Source: the human T2T-CHM13v2.0 reference genome, Homo sapiens. Taken from it: DNA of 64,000 nt. This document shows, one piece after another, positions 39,561 to 54,281 of this stretch. The position numbers were made by a program, and so were the translations under genes. The DNA is taken from assembly GCF_009914755.1 (NCBI RefSeq), contig NC_060947.1; one strand, written 5' to 3'. Each line of letters begins with the position of its first letter. Positions within the stretch are counted from its first letter, which is position 1. The notes below the pieces were generated by a model that was given only the letters and a program-made list of their open reading frames with translations, had not been told where the DNA came from and did no database searches.

Positions 39561-42260
39561 GTAATCCCCAGCTTTCAGACGGGCTGCCCAGCATGTAGAG
39601 TAAACACTACCCCGGCTGCCCTGGACCTCAGCCTCAAAGCTGTTGATCCAGGTCTTAGGCTGTCCTCTCAGAAAATGTTCAGTGCTTGAGCCAGAAGTCT
39701 GGGGAAGCAGTGGCCCCACTGGGGCTGAGAAGCATAGATTTTCCATTTAGATTATCCAATCTAATGATCTCAGTAATGCCTGATCATTGTATTCCCTTCC
39801 CTTTCTCCTCCTTCTCCCCCCAAATATCTCCACATTCCAGAATACAGAATCTTTAAAAATCTATCCTTTATATGAAAGAGCTTAGGATGGGCTTACTTTT
39901 GTAATGTGCTTCAGTATCACTAGCCAAATGGCAAATAGCATTTCAAGCAAGGCCATGGCTTGCCTTCTTGGAATGTACAACCTCACCTCTCCTGACCTGA
40001 TTAGTCTTCTCACAGTTTTTAGCCTAAAGATTCTATCTAAAGCCAGAATTGAAAATTCCTTGAAGGCAACATGTAAATTGTGTATGTATGTATCTCTTGG
40101 TATGGCACTGAATTTGCCCTACACTTGATGCCCAATAAATGTTGAATTGAATTGCAAGATGACCATATGGAAAGGGTCAAGTGACTCCCCTTCCTTATTT
40201 CCTGTCTCAGACCTCCTTCCTATCATGTTGTCTACTCTCTGCCATCTTCTCACTCAGTTATCAGCATCCCTGCAGGGAAGTCATGTCTGCCTTTCCCCAC
40301 AATGGATACAGAGCATCTCTCTGACTCACCATGTATCTCTTTTCTTAGTTATTTTTCCCATGTCCTTTTATTCCTTTGTTCTTTCCATCTTCATCATTTT
40401 TGCCTAAAGCCAATTACTGAAAGTTTCAATAATACAGGGCCATATGGAATTTGAAATAATGTAAGTGTGTTCTTCTTGATTTTTTTTCAGTATAATAAGC
40501 CATGGTCCCTTTCATTCCAAAGTGGAGCTAGAATCCTAGTGTATTAATCTATACCTGGTGCCCAAGGTATGGGGTTACATTTGTGCGCCTGCAGCCCACC
40601 ATTCTTGTGGAAGGAGAGGATCAGTAAACCCAGTTGCAAGGAGAGTGAAAGTCATGTTAATTGTGTTCCAGGTCCCCTTCCTGACAGAAACTCCAGTGAT
40701 TCATTGAGAGAGGTGTGAGGTGAAGCTGACTGCCCTGTTTTCAAATAACCAGGAGGAACTGTCGATTCACATGGGGTTGCTGCCATTATTGAGTTTTTGA
40801 CACTCCTTTAGATTTGCACCTCCTTAGGTTTAGTCCCAACTGTGGATTTTCCCTAGAACTTCAGGAAGCTAGTTATTTTAACAAAGGATTGATTGATCAC
40901 CTCTTAGCATGAGCAGCATTGCATCTGCAAGTAAATTATAATAATTGCTAAAAGGTCTTCATGGAGCTTGACTTTTTAAAGTGCAGCCATGATTCTTATC
41001 TCATATATGGGATAATACTTTTTATCAACTTTCTGTCATTCTTACAATCTTCCCTGAGCTTCTTTTTAATCTACTTTCTGTTTAGTAAGATAATCTATGC
41101 CCCCATTAAATCATTCAAATATTACAGAATATTCCATTTACATTCCCCTAAAATGTTTTCTATGCACATGTGGCCATGTGCATACAAAAGCAAGTAAGTT
41201 CTCACGATACAGTCTTTGTCATTTGTTCTTTTCACTTGACATCTTCAGCATTTTTCCTATTTGAATACATGAGGATACACCTGACTTTTAAAATTTCATT
41301 TTCATTTAATTTTGGTGAAATATACATAACATAAAGTTTACCATCTTAATTATTTTTGAGCATACAGTTCAGTAGTGTTAAGTACATTTACATTGTTGTG
41401 CAAATTGCCTGATTATTTTTAATGTCTGTAAGTACCAGTTGTATAGATACTAGGTAAACCTAAGTGATGCACTATTGATGGACATTCTCTAAGTGTTTTT
41501 AGAAACAACAAGGCTAAATAAAAGCTATTCTAGTGGGCAAGGCTCTTTGGGAAGGTGCAGAGAGAGGCATTTTAGAGTTTAAGGGCTTTATCTAGGCATT
41601 CCTTGAAATAGAGCCAGGGGAGCATTTCCTTGCTAAGGAAACTTGTTTCTATGAACTGTGGTTTTGAAAAAAGTCTGGACTATGAAGGCAAACAGGAAAT
41701 AGGTTCCACATTCCAGATAAAACAGCCTTTAGACTTTGAGAGGTAGGCACTTCTTCATGCTCTGCTTAATACCCCAAATAAAAGAGATAAAATGATCTAT
41801 GGCAGAGGATGATGAAAATCCTCCTTATCCATCTGTGTCCAGAAGGAGTAAAAAGATCAGCATTTTCAAGAATTTTAATTGTAGTCACAATAGCTAAGAG
41901 GAAAATAAGTTATTTTAAAATATATAAGTGACAGAATGCTTGCATATATATAAGAAAATCAGGGCAAATCCAGTCAAGATGATTTATTAATCTAGATTTT
42001 CCATTGTTTAAGATAATTATGAGCCATTATTAACAATTTTCTTTTGTTTAGAAGTGTTGCCAGACTACTGCTTTTATTGGAATGCCTGAAAGAACCAAAA
42101 TGTGAAAGTAACTCATTAGCTTAAATTTCCCAAACAAGTGAAATGTGTGGGTCAAAATGTCAAATAAAGCTAAAACATATCTGAACAAAATTACTTTTGT
42201 CATTTAAAATTTATAAGTAGACATATGTTTATAAACTTATAAAATGTCTCTTTTTTGCAG

Positions 42261-42338
42261 TAGCAGCAGCAGTGAAGATGTTGCAAGCAGTAACCAAAAA
42301 GAAAGAAATGTGAATCACACCACCTCAAAGATTTCATG
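42261..42338 (+). CDS. BMX: BMX exon 8 (S)SSSSEDVASSNQKERNVNHTTSKIS(W)
   Basis: TTGCAG| and |GTAAAT, 78 nt, phase 2-2. Confidence 0.93.
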
Positions 42339-43014
42339 GTAAATCAAATTCAGATATCTCCTACATCCAGAATATGCTTCCATTTTCAGGAAAACTAACC
42401 AAACTTGCAATAATTTTGCAGCTAGGCTTTCTACTTAAGGTAAATATAAACCAAAAAAGTCTATGTAGTTTGCCTCTCTGAACCCTGAATGGATGGCTTT
42501 TGGGTTCTAGTTTTTCTTGAACTGACTATTCCTAGCCAGCATCCATGACATACACCAGTAGTAGCACCAACATTAGTATACCTGACCCAGGCATCTCTAG
42601 CAGGAAGAAAAGCAACCTAGAGTTGAATAACTCTTCCATAAGAATAGCTATATACACAACCCAATTTTTTTTTAACTTGATACTACAGCCATCTCTGAAG
42701 GAGTCTTCATCTATTTCGTGAGCCCACTCTTTGGAAAAAGTCAAAGAAATATAAGTTCTTCTGGGGGCCTCCTGGGGATCTCCTGTATCAAAGAACCATT
42801 CTTTCATTAAAACTTGGCATAAGCCCAACTTTTGAGTGACTCTCTCTTTACTGTTGCTGTGTTGATACTTTGCCAGGTGCAGAAGGAGAAACCTAACAAT
42901 CTAAATGTTATTTAGGTGGATAAAATCAGGGTGGGATTTGATATTGCATGGCTACGCACTTGGATTATTTCTTGGTGCTTTTCTGCACTCACGTTTTTCT
43001 CAACTCTTCTTAAG

Positions 43015-43068
43015 GGAATTCCCTGAGTCAAGTTCATCTGAAGAAGAGGAAAACCTGGATGATTATGA
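43015..43068 (+). CDS. BMX: BMX exon 9 EFPESSSSEEEENLDDY
   Basis: TTAAG| and |GTGAGT, 54 nt, phase 2-2. Confidence 0.93.
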
Positions 43069-43549
43069 GTGAGTATTGAAAGTCTTCTGGGTTCTTCTAA
43101 AATTAGACATAGATACTTCTACTCTCTTCCTCAAAGACATTAAAACAGATGGCTGAGACCGTCTCAGGAGGCTGTATTTACATGGGTAAACTCACGTAAT
43201 GTTCTGGGTCATTTATCTAGATGACAGGTGACAATGAGCTGGGTTGTTACCAACGAAAATATTTTCCCCAAAACTGGATTATCTAAATTGGATGCAAATA
43301 CTTATTGGATTTATCGTATGTCCAGCGTCACCTTCATTTCACTTTACCTTTGTAGATGTAGCATATAATGTTTCTGCTCATTATTTCTTTCCTGGAGACC
43401 TCTAATTAAGGTGATGTTTGAAAGCTCTTATTAACATTGAGTAATATTTTTGGAGAAGTTATTAATGATGCAGTAATTTTACAGGGTAGCACAAATGAGA
43501 CCTTGAACATGGCAATATTTATGTCGACAGATCTCTATTCTTAGGATGA

Positions 43550-43892
<343 letters not shown>

Positions 43893-43924
43893 TAGAAAGA
43901 GAAAAAGTGCACTATTAAAAATTA

Positions 43925-44218
43925 TACCCGTTAATAATAACTTAATTATACATTTTAAAATAACTTAAAGAGTATAATTAATTGTTTGTAACTCAAAGGA
44001 TAAATGCTTGAAGGGATGGATACCCCATAATCCATGATGTGATTATTATGCATTGCATGTCTGTATCAAAATATTTCATGTACCCCATAAATATATATAC
44101 CTGCTATGGTGAGCCGAGATGGCGCCACTGCACTCCAGCCTGGGCGACAGAGCAAGACTCTGTCTCAAAAAAAAAAAAAAAAAAAAAAAACAACACAAAC
44201 ACACACACACACACACAC

Positions 44219-44277
<59 letters not shown>

Positions 44278-44330
44278 TATATATATACCTGCTATGTACT
44301 CACAAAAATTAAAATAAAAATTACACCTGG
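43925..44330 (+). mobile_element. L1MA 3' end with inserted 5'-truncated Alu (44109-44190) and compound microsatellite
   Basis: TGTTTGTAACTCAAAGGATAAATGCTTGA...; Alu 3' end flanked by 18-bp TSD ATATATATACCTGCTATG. Confidence 0.9.
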
Positions 44331-45351
44331 ACATTTGACATAAACTGGACTTCTGGGCAAATAAGAACGTGTGGTCACCCCAACTATACTGAGAAGGTTG
44401 GCCTAAGTGGCTATTAAGGTTCTTTCCAAAATCTAAGGGTCTATCATTCTACAAATAGGGACAAATAATTGTCTCCTAGATGTAAAGATTAGTGTTAAGA
44501 AGAGGTGGGAATAATAGAGCATATTGCATTTCTCAGACACTTGATACCAAATGGCACAGAATTCACTTGAACACTAGGATTATGCATATTTCCAGTTCTG
44601 TTTTTGTACAAGTGTTGTATTATTGATTTATTGATTACATGTGAAACGAGAGCTTTTACAAAGTACATGCTACTGTTTTCACTCCTCCTCTCATCTCTAA
44701 CCCAGCCTGGTCCTAGCCATACCTGTTGCATTGGGGAAGATGTGCTGTACCCTCCACATCTTTGTGGCATGGTCTCTTTATCACCTTCTAGCTCTCTTTC
44801 GGCTTTACTTTCTTCCCTAACATCTATTCTCAGGAAAGCATTGATGGAATAATTCATACTAAGACATAAAAGACTGAGAATGACCAACGCATGGTCATTT
44901 CCAAAGATAATTGCACTTTAATGAAACACAAAGACTTAAACCAATGGGAGTGAACCTCTAATTGTGGATTGTACTCTTTAGCATTTAAATAAATTAGAAG
45001 TCTTTCCCTGATTGGGTAAGCCCAGATATGACCATTTAAACAGTCTCTATTCCCATCTTTTCTGAATGCAAGTGGTGTGTGAGAGACAGACATTGAGGAA
45101 ATTATCAGGGAAGACTTGTCCTCTTCAAAATCAAAAAGATACCAAAAGGAGCTCGGGATTATAGGGCTATAGGATCTGGGACTCAGTCACCTCACATTGT
45201 GCTTAATGCTCCCAGCTTCCTATTCTATCAGTGTCATGGGAGTTTTTGTTTTATGGCCATAACTTCATGAGCAATTCCAGTCAATTCCATTAAAGACAGA
45301 AGCACTAAGCCCTGAGATTTAGATAGAAAATCGTGTGTTAAGACTAGGCCT

Positions 45352-45655
<304 letters not shown>

Positions 45656-46947
45656 CCTTAGGCCTAGGACTCTGCTGCTCTGTCATTGAATACTGAAATA
45701 TTATTTAAAACAATAAGAGGCAGGCCTCAGCAAAATTATGACACAGGCAACGTTTGTATGTGTGTGGGAGGTATAATGTATAGGGTACATAGGTTATATC
45801 ACCTTGCCTCTCCAGGCCTCTCTCCTGATTCTTGATTTTCTTCCTTCTATTCCCCTGTAGGTATATATCCTGTATCACAGCCCCTGAAGGGCCTTTTGAT
45901 TAGCTAGTATTACCTTAAAATGTTGACTAATAAGAAAAACGATCAGTTAAAATTTCAAGTGTTAGTTATACAGTATCCATAATGGTAGAGTTAAAAGAGA
46001 CTTTCAAACTTATCAAGATCAACCCTCTCCCTAGTTTTACAGGTAGGGAAGTCCAAGGTCAAACAAGGCCAAGTGGCTTGTTCAAAGTCATACAATTACA
46101 CATAGGGAAGTTATGCCTAGAACCCAGACCTCCAAGCTGGGTGACCTAAGGCTCTTTCTATTTTATTGAGCTGTCCACCAGCTGACATCCCTTCCCAAAA
46201 CTCATACAGAGATTATACAAAGAATCACTTCCCATCCATTCCTGCCAAGTTCTGAGATACCTTCTACATTGAATTTCTCCTATAACTCCTCCCTTCTACC
46301 CTCACCCCCCTCTTGTACTTATTTCCTCTGCAGATGTTATCTTCTAGCCAGTGGGTCCTCCCACTCACCCAAACCCATGCTACATCCCACCTCATGCCCT
46401 GCTTTTACTCATTTCCTAAGTAGGACATTCTGTCTAAAGCCCAAAGGCCACAGACATTATTGCCCTCACATGAGAAACAGCTCTTGGCCTGTTGAGCTCC
46501 ACATATAAAGTAAAAGCATTTGATGTGAAAATAGATGTTATAATCAGATTATTACAAGGAAATTATATGATTGGAAGACAAGAGCTTTCATCCTTGGCAG
46601 CCCTGACTTTCCTCTTGGAATATTCTTCATAGGTCTAATCTCTAGCCCTTACTCAAAATGGTAAAATGTAGGAAAACTTAGAAGTCACCTAGAAGAAAAC
46701 CAAAGATTCCTAAATGCCAGCCCATTTAAAAATTAGATGTGCAGACTCCACCCCAACATCAGAATTTAGTAGTGGGGACTTAAGCATTTGTATTTCTGAA
46801 AAGCTCCTCAAATCATTCTCTGGAGCAGTTAGGCTTGGAAACCCCTGAGGTAAGCCAATGCCTCATTTTACAGATTAGAAAGTTGAGTGTCAAGCTATAC
46901 AATCTAAAACTTATTGATTCTCACATATAATTTTTTTCCTTTTGCAG

Positions 46948-47002
46948 CTGGTTTGCTGGTAACATCTCCAGATCACAATCTGAACAGTTACTCAGACAAA
47001 AG
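46948..47002 (+). CDS. BMX: BMX exon 10, SH2 start WFAGNISRSQSEQLLRQK
   Basis: TTGCAG| and |GTAAAT, 55 nt. Confidence 0.97.
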
Positions 47003-47179
47003 GTAAATAGTCTTGTCTTTAAAACAGCCTCACAGAATCTCTTTGCATTTTGGGGTCCAGAGGTTGATGCATTTCTCATAGAAACCTTCCTGCTAATTAT
47101 ATAGTCAAGTCATTGTAGTGTTGCTTGTCCAGTCTGTGGGTTGCCCGACTCTTCATGTCTAGCCACTACTTCTGTGTCC

Positions 47180-47630
47180 ATTATGTATTGCTGCATAATA
47201 AACCACTCCTAAATTGGGTGGCTTGAAACAGTGGGATTTATGATATCTCATGATTCTGTGAGTCAGCTGGGCCAGCAGTTCTTAGGCAAGTTTTGCTTAG
47301 GGGCACTCCTGTGGCTGCATTTGGGTCGTGGATTGACTGGGGGCTTGGGTTTAGCTGAGGCAGTCAACTGGAGTTCCACAGTTCTTCCCCAAGCAGTCTC
47401 TCCATGTGCCTCACTTGGGCCTCCTCACAGCATGGTGATCTCAAGGCAGTAGTTGAAGAGGACGAGCCCCACAGTGCAAGCACTTTTCGAGTCTCTGCTT
47501 TTGTTGTGTTTGCTAAGGTCCTATTGGTCATAGCAAGTCACATGGCTCAGCCCAGAGTCAGTATGGGAGGGGACTGCTCACAGCATGAATAAGAGAGATG
47601 ATTTATCGGAGGCCGTCAATGTAGCCATTA
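47180..47630 (-). mobile_element. Old MLT1 LTR
   Basis: TATTGCTGCATAATAAACCAC...GTGGCTTGAAACA...CTCATGATTCTGTG...GCAAGTCACATGGC. Confidence 0.65.
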
Positions 47631-48302
47631 ACCTCAGCTCTGTCACTGCTCGTTAGCACCTAGACCAGAGTATAGCAGATGTGATACAGAACATGTTTAT
47701 CTGACTTTATTACTAATTGATATGGAATGCCAGTAGCAAACTCTTTTGATTTCTAAAAATGACACTTTGATATAGTTTAACCTGATAAAAACACTAAACA
47801 TTACACTTATTTCTTTGAGGGGTGCTAGTGAGAATGTAATGACTTCATTTGGCGTTTTGTCACATTCATAGTTTATAATCTGCTCTTTCTGAACTTTGAT
47901 CTGCTTAGAATTAGCACAAATCATTGAGAAAGACAACTTGAGTATAGAACTTTATCAACTGATTTATTCTTGATCTTTGGTTTTCTAAAACCTTCCAAAG
48001 GCATGATACGGTGATACACGGTTCTAAATTGTATTTCTTAAAGATGAAAACATTAGGCTTGCATAAGCACAACACCGAGAAAAGTAAGTGATAGGGTTAA
48101 ATATTAATTGGAGAGGAAGAGTTCATACACATACACATACACATAGAGCAGATCTATAAAGAGATTGAGTGAGAAACCTGTGCCTTTTGTGATATATAAA
48201 GTCAATCTAAAAGATTTGTTTTCCAACTACCTACCATGCAAAATCATTTTCAAGAATGATGAAAATATTTTCTATTCCTTCTATATTTTCCTTCCTTTTC
48301 AG

Positions 48303-48382
48303 GGAAAAGAAGGAGCATTTATGGTTAGAAATTCGAGCCAAGTGGGAATGTACACAGTGTCCTTATTTAGTAAGGCTGTGAA
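48303..48382 (+). CDS. BMX: BMX exon 11 (SH2) GKEGAFMVRNSS...KAV
   Basis: TTTCAG| and |GTAAGT, 80 nt; FMVRNS is the FLVRES motif. Confidence 0.98.
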
Positions 48383-48919
48383 GTAAGTATGATACGGATT
48401 AATTTCTTTTCTCTTTCTGCGTATATTCTTTGAATATGCTGGTCACAATCACATTTTGGGATAAGACATCATCTTTAAACTCTGGAATTTTAAATCAAAG
48501 TATTTCTATTGAATGTGACCATTTGTAGTTGCCTCCACCACTCTCACCCCACTGCCCCACCATCCTTGCCCCACTACTTTCAAGAGGCCATTCTCTGGCT
48601 AATCCTCTCCTGCCCCACTCCAGGCAGTAACAGAGTGCCCAGAGCACAGCATGCCTCAGTAAATGTTTATTAAGAGACTCTCGGGTGATTCCCTTTCATT
48701 CAGGTCTAAGCCTGGAAAGAAAAAAAATAGCAATGGAGCGTCTATACTCTCAGCCCTAGCCACCTGCTGAGCAAAGATGCCTACTCCAGTGTCCAGTTCT
48801 TAGTAAGCCCTTCCACTGGGTGCAGAGTTAGCAGAAGGTTGACTCAGTGCTGCTGTGTTCTCTACACAGCTTCCTTCCAGGGCTCTGTCCTCTTTGTGTG
48901 ACTAAAAGTTCTTGTTTGA

Positions 48920-49130
48920 AGCCAAACTTCTAGATCCAAATCCTGGCTCTACTATTTCAATAGGGCTTTGTGACATTGAGCAAGTTTCTCAGCCTCTGTG
49001 CCTCAACTTCTTCATTTGAAAGGGGAACATAATGATTGTTACGTTCTATGAGTGGGGTGAGTTAATTAATATATTATATCCAGAACAGTGCCTGACACAT
49101 AGTAAGCACTTAATAAACTAATAGTACTTA
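48920..49130 (+). mobile_element. MIR
   Basis: AAATCCTGGCTCTAC...TGTGACATTGAGCAAG...GAACAGTGCCTGACACATAGTAAGCACTTAATAAA. Confidence 0.8.
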
Positions 49131-50160
49131 CTATTATTGTTGTTGTTGTTGCTGGGGAAGGGTAGTTCTACCTGCTCCACTCCCTGTACCCTAACACTTG
49201 GGCATAAAAGACACCCCACAGTCATCTCATGCAAATCATCATCAAAATCCTTCTCCAGAGTTTTACAAGCCACTTTCTTATTGGTAGTTAGCTCTTTTTT
49301 TTTCCTTCTAATCGTCCTCCAAAGCAAATGGGAAAGCTGTTTTTATTTATACCATATTGCAGATGAGAGGATTGAGGTTCAAAAAGAGCTTATAAAGACC
49401 TACCTGGAGCTACTAAGTGACTAATTTGAAGCTGGGCTTCCAATAGCCAAGTCATGTTTCTTTATCTACACCTCTGTGTTTACACTGAACCCCCAGTGTT
49501 TTGGAATGAGAATCTGGTCAAATATTGATTCGGATCTTCTTTTAAATTTCTATGTGTGCAACTCTTTTTTAGCAGCTAGATTGAATGATCGTCTGCCTTG
49601 GTGCCTTCCCCATGTGCCCTACCCCACAGTGCATATATGTATATTTATAATAATTAAGTAATAAAAACGTTATTTTATTTTGAAATTTTTTACAGAGTGC
49701 CTACCTACACTTGAGATAATAGGATGTACCTGAATTGTCCCACAGCACTTTCCAATGCCAGAATCCATGTCCCCAGTGTATCTCATATATTATTTTGCAC
49801 ATGGTAACACCTGGATGCTGGCTAAAGCCAACCCAGTAAGAATCAGGAGAAGACTTTGTTGACTATCAAAAGTTTTGTGGCCTTCTGGCCCTGCAGTTTC
49901 AGCCAAACCTGGTATCAGATGTCCTTGTAGTTGAGTTTCTTGACTACAGATTCATTTTTTAAGGTAGCCAGGTAGATAAATCAGCAAATAGATAAAGAAT
50001 CAAATGAATACAGAAGCCCTCTTTTATGAAACCTCATCAATGGCCTTGAGTGAATTGTATGCTGACACCAAAAGCTGATTAAACATTTGCAGCAAAGAGA
50101 AGAACCATTTCTCCTTTTGTACTTGCAATTTTTACTCGGTTGATGTTACAGCAACAATTT

Positions 50161-50451
50161 TTTAATTTTTTAGCTTTTATTTTAAGTTGATTGGTACATG
50201 TGACAGGTTTGTTATATAGGTAAACTCTTGTCATGTGGCTTTCTTGTAGAGATTATTTCATCACCCAACTACTAAGCCTAGTGTTCAATAGTTATTTTTT
50301 CTGCTCTTCTCCCTCCTCCCACCCTCCACCCTCAAGTAAGCCTCAGTGTCTACTATTTTCCTCTATGTGTCCATGTGTTGTCATCATTTATCTCCCACTT
50401 ACAAGTAAAAATATGTGGTATCTGGTTTTCTGTTCCTGTGTTAGTTTGCTA
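50161..50451 (-). mobile_element. 5'-truncated L1PA/PB 3' end
   Basis: Antisense L1 3' UTR; 14-bp TSD TACAGCAACAATTT at 50147-50160 and 50452-50465. Confidence 0.92.
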
Positions 50452-51186
50452 TACAGCAACAATTTATTAACTGTTTCTTATATGCCAGGCATAACCATAT
50501 AGGTAGCTAGCAAGTGATAGAACTAAACTCAAAGCCTGGTTCTTGACCACTATGTCATTGTCTACAATCTAAGACAGGTGTATTATTCCTGATTAGCTTA
50601 AATCAACGTGCATCAATTCAGCATTATTGTATAAAAGCAGAGGAAAAGAAAAAAGTGTTTTATGTGGAGAAGGTACAAGTTCACATGAGGAATTAAAGGA
50701 CATCCTCACCTACTTCATTCTGCATGCCCCAAAAGAGCCTCCTCCCATGTTTTGGGGTGAGGATACCCAACAGCCTAATCACCTTTACCTCTCTCATTTC
50801 CACCTCCATTATTATCCTATAAGATAATTTATGTTCAGAATAATGATCCTGAAGAACTACAAGCCTCTCTCGATCATCAAAGAAAGATTCCAGTTTTATA
50901 CACTTACTAAGGGAGGAGAAGCCTGGAAAGTTGGAATTTTACTGTACATGAAATCTATATGTGCACCAAAAGATACATTGAGTTCAGAGAAGAACTCTCT
51001 TCCATAATTACTTTTATAGTTACACCAGATTTCAAGACTGAGAAAAACACCAGATGCCAAGCCTGAGAAAACCTCCCTGACTTCCCTCTCCAAAATTTGC
51101 AAATGCACCTAAAATAATTATTTAACCCTTGCTTAATCAAGCTTTATTGTTTATTTTAAATGTTCTAACATTCTTTCTGTTACTAG

Positions 51187-51314
51187 TGATAAAAAAGGAA
51201 CTGTCAAACATTACCACGTGCATACAAATGCTGAGAACAAATTATACCTGGCAGAAAACTACTGTTTTGATTCCATTCCAAAGCTTATTCATTATCATCA
51301 ACACAATTCAGCAG
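51187..51314 (+). CDS. BMX: BMX exon 12 (SH2) DKKGTVKHYHV...YHQHNSA
   Basis: ACTAG| and |GTAACT, 128 nt. Confidence 0.97.
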
Positions 51315-53327
51315 GTAACTTATTTTAGTTTTTCTTTTATGGGCCCTTGTTGTAAAACAGCAATTTTCCTGGATACTACTGATCCTCCTAATATTCTTAA
51401 TTATATAGGGAACCATGAAAGTAGGAAAAAATCCTCTCAAGTCTTTTGCCTATCATAATTTTTAGCTTACATTCCCAGGAATATAACATGATTCTCTCCT
51501 TAATGCCAGAAAGAATGAAATTGAGTAAACTGGGTGACTTAGAAAGAGAAATTCTCTTTATAAAAATATTCGTAGGGTTTTTCTGTGTATAGAAGCAAGA
51601 GGATTATAAATTTAAAATATTATAGAAATATATACATATCGTTGGATCATGGACCAGTTGTCTATTATGACAGGGTTTTTTGCATGCTGCCACTAGCACT
51701 TACTAATCATTACATATATAAATAGAAATTATATATTATGTATATACATTACATTTTTACAGAGATGAGATCATTCTACACATATTGCTCAGCTTGCTTT
51801 CTTTACTCAACATGTCTTAGAAGTCTTTCCACGCAAACACAAAGAGCTTACTTTGGTCTATTTAACAGCTGTGTAGAATTCTATCATAGTTACCCCATAA
51901 TTTATTCACCTAGCCCTCTGTTGATTAGCAGTTGGATCATGTCCAGTATTTTCACATTATAATGGATGTTTCAGTGCACAATTCTGCATGCATAGCTCTG
52001 TCCATCTATATGAGGGGTTCTATAGCCAAATCCCTAGAAATGGAATTTCTGAGACAAAGGCTAAGAATACTTAAAATGTACAGATTGCCAACTGCTTTTC
52101 AGAAATGTACAATCCTACTAACAACATTTTCTTTCATCCTCACCAACACTGGGTGCTATTAGTCTTCTAAATTTTTGCCTAATCAACTGGTGGAAATACA
52201 TCTAGAAATACCCTCTGTTTTCTAGAATAGTGCCACTTAAGAGCAGTGGCTGGATGAATTTCCAACAGTGAGTAAAAATAAGCCATAAGCTCAGCACTTA
52301 ATTTGTGTTACTTTATATGACTTGATTGCATGCATGTAGGTGAATTGACCTCACTTCTGGCTTTCATTTTGGCTCTTACTGATGTTTTTCCTTTGCCCCA
52401 ATTTCCTCAATTGTTTATTTTAACCTGTAGTACCTCAGAAGTACCTTTTGTAAAAGGTATTGCACAAAGAGATGCACAGGAAACTTCACAGGATATCAGA
52501 AGGAAATATTAAGATGTTTATTTATATTTGGATTTTTATCTCATTCTCTTACATTTTCTGTTTGTGAGTTTATTTTTATAATTCACACCAAATATATATT
52601 TTATAGAAATGTACTAATTTTTACATTTTAATTAATTAATTTAGTTGATTAAAGGTAAAGGATTTTAAAAGTTTGGAGACCACTCATATAAAAACCAGAC
52701 AAATATATAGAAAAAGGAAGGAGGGGAAAAGTACATGTGTGATAGATAGGTCCCTTGACTTGGAGAGCATTCCACATTTAAAGCAAAAAACATATATACA
52801 TATATTTTAATGGGTTCTTTCAAGCCACTATTAAATTTTATAATTACTTTAACCCAGTTTTACCATAACTAAATATAAACAATTAAAATGGCTTGACCAC
52901 TTAATGAAACTTAGTAATAGGTTCAGTTTTTAAAAATTCAGATGGCTTATTATTTTTACCCTTCTGTATTGTTTGAATTTTTTGTCAAATGTATGTGCTG
53001 TGTGTATACATATTTTAAGCATAAGATTGTAAAGAGATAGCAAAAAAGAAGGGGGAGAATTTTAAAAGATTACATCATGCAATTAATTTCTATGGGATTT
53101 TTAAAAATCACATACAGTGTTTTATTCATTTAATTTTCGCTTTGCATTAAGCTAATTAGTCAAGTTAAGCACAACTACAACTGAATGGATTCTCTCTCTG
53201 CATTACAACATTCTGAACTCTTTGCTTTTTCAGCCACTTTGGAGAGAGACTAGTTGTGAACCAATGTTACATAATGTGATGGGATATGATATAATGATGT
53301 GATGATATGATGCTGATTCCATTGCAG

Positions 53328-53402
53328 GCATGATCACACGGCTCCGCCACCCTGTGTCAACAAAGGCCAACAAGGTCCCCGACTCTGTGTCCCTGGGAAA
53401 TG
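53328..53402 (+). CDS. BMX: BMX exon 13 (G)MITRLRHPVSTKANKVPDSVSLGN
   Basis: TTGCAG| and |GTATGG, 75 nt. Confidence 0.96.
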
Positions 53403-53957
53403 GTATGGATACATACTTGGGTTCTTAAACTCCATTTTCCATCATTTTTTATTTAAATATATGGTTAATTTACTGGCAAAAAAAAAAAAAAAGGAGGAAA
53501 GACAGGAAGGAGGCCTCTGTTCAGATTGTATCAGGAAGGATTTTCTTTAAAAAAAAAAAAAATCTGTCCTCTCAACCTAAATCTGTAAGCTTCTAGAATC
53601 ACCAAGAAGATCATCAATTTGTTTTCTTATCAGACCCCATTATTAGCCTCCAGCACACCATTGTCTGTCCTATCTTTTTCCTGGATTTTGTGCCCACTGA
53701 GCAGAGCCAGTATTCAACCTTGTGTGTTAGGACGATCACATCCACTGCGATCACAGTTTAATTTTTTTATTAAAAAAATCTGACAATGTTTTACCAATCT
53801 AAGGACATCGAGTACATTTTGATGCTAAGCCTCTCCAAGATGCCTCTGATTGGCAAATTGTTTTTACTCTGAGCCTTCTTGTTAAATAACTGTAGCTACT
53901 TCAAGAATAGTGTTACCCTGGTGCCATTATCACGTAGCCACAAGACCACATCACTAA

Positions 53958-54281
<324 letters not shown>

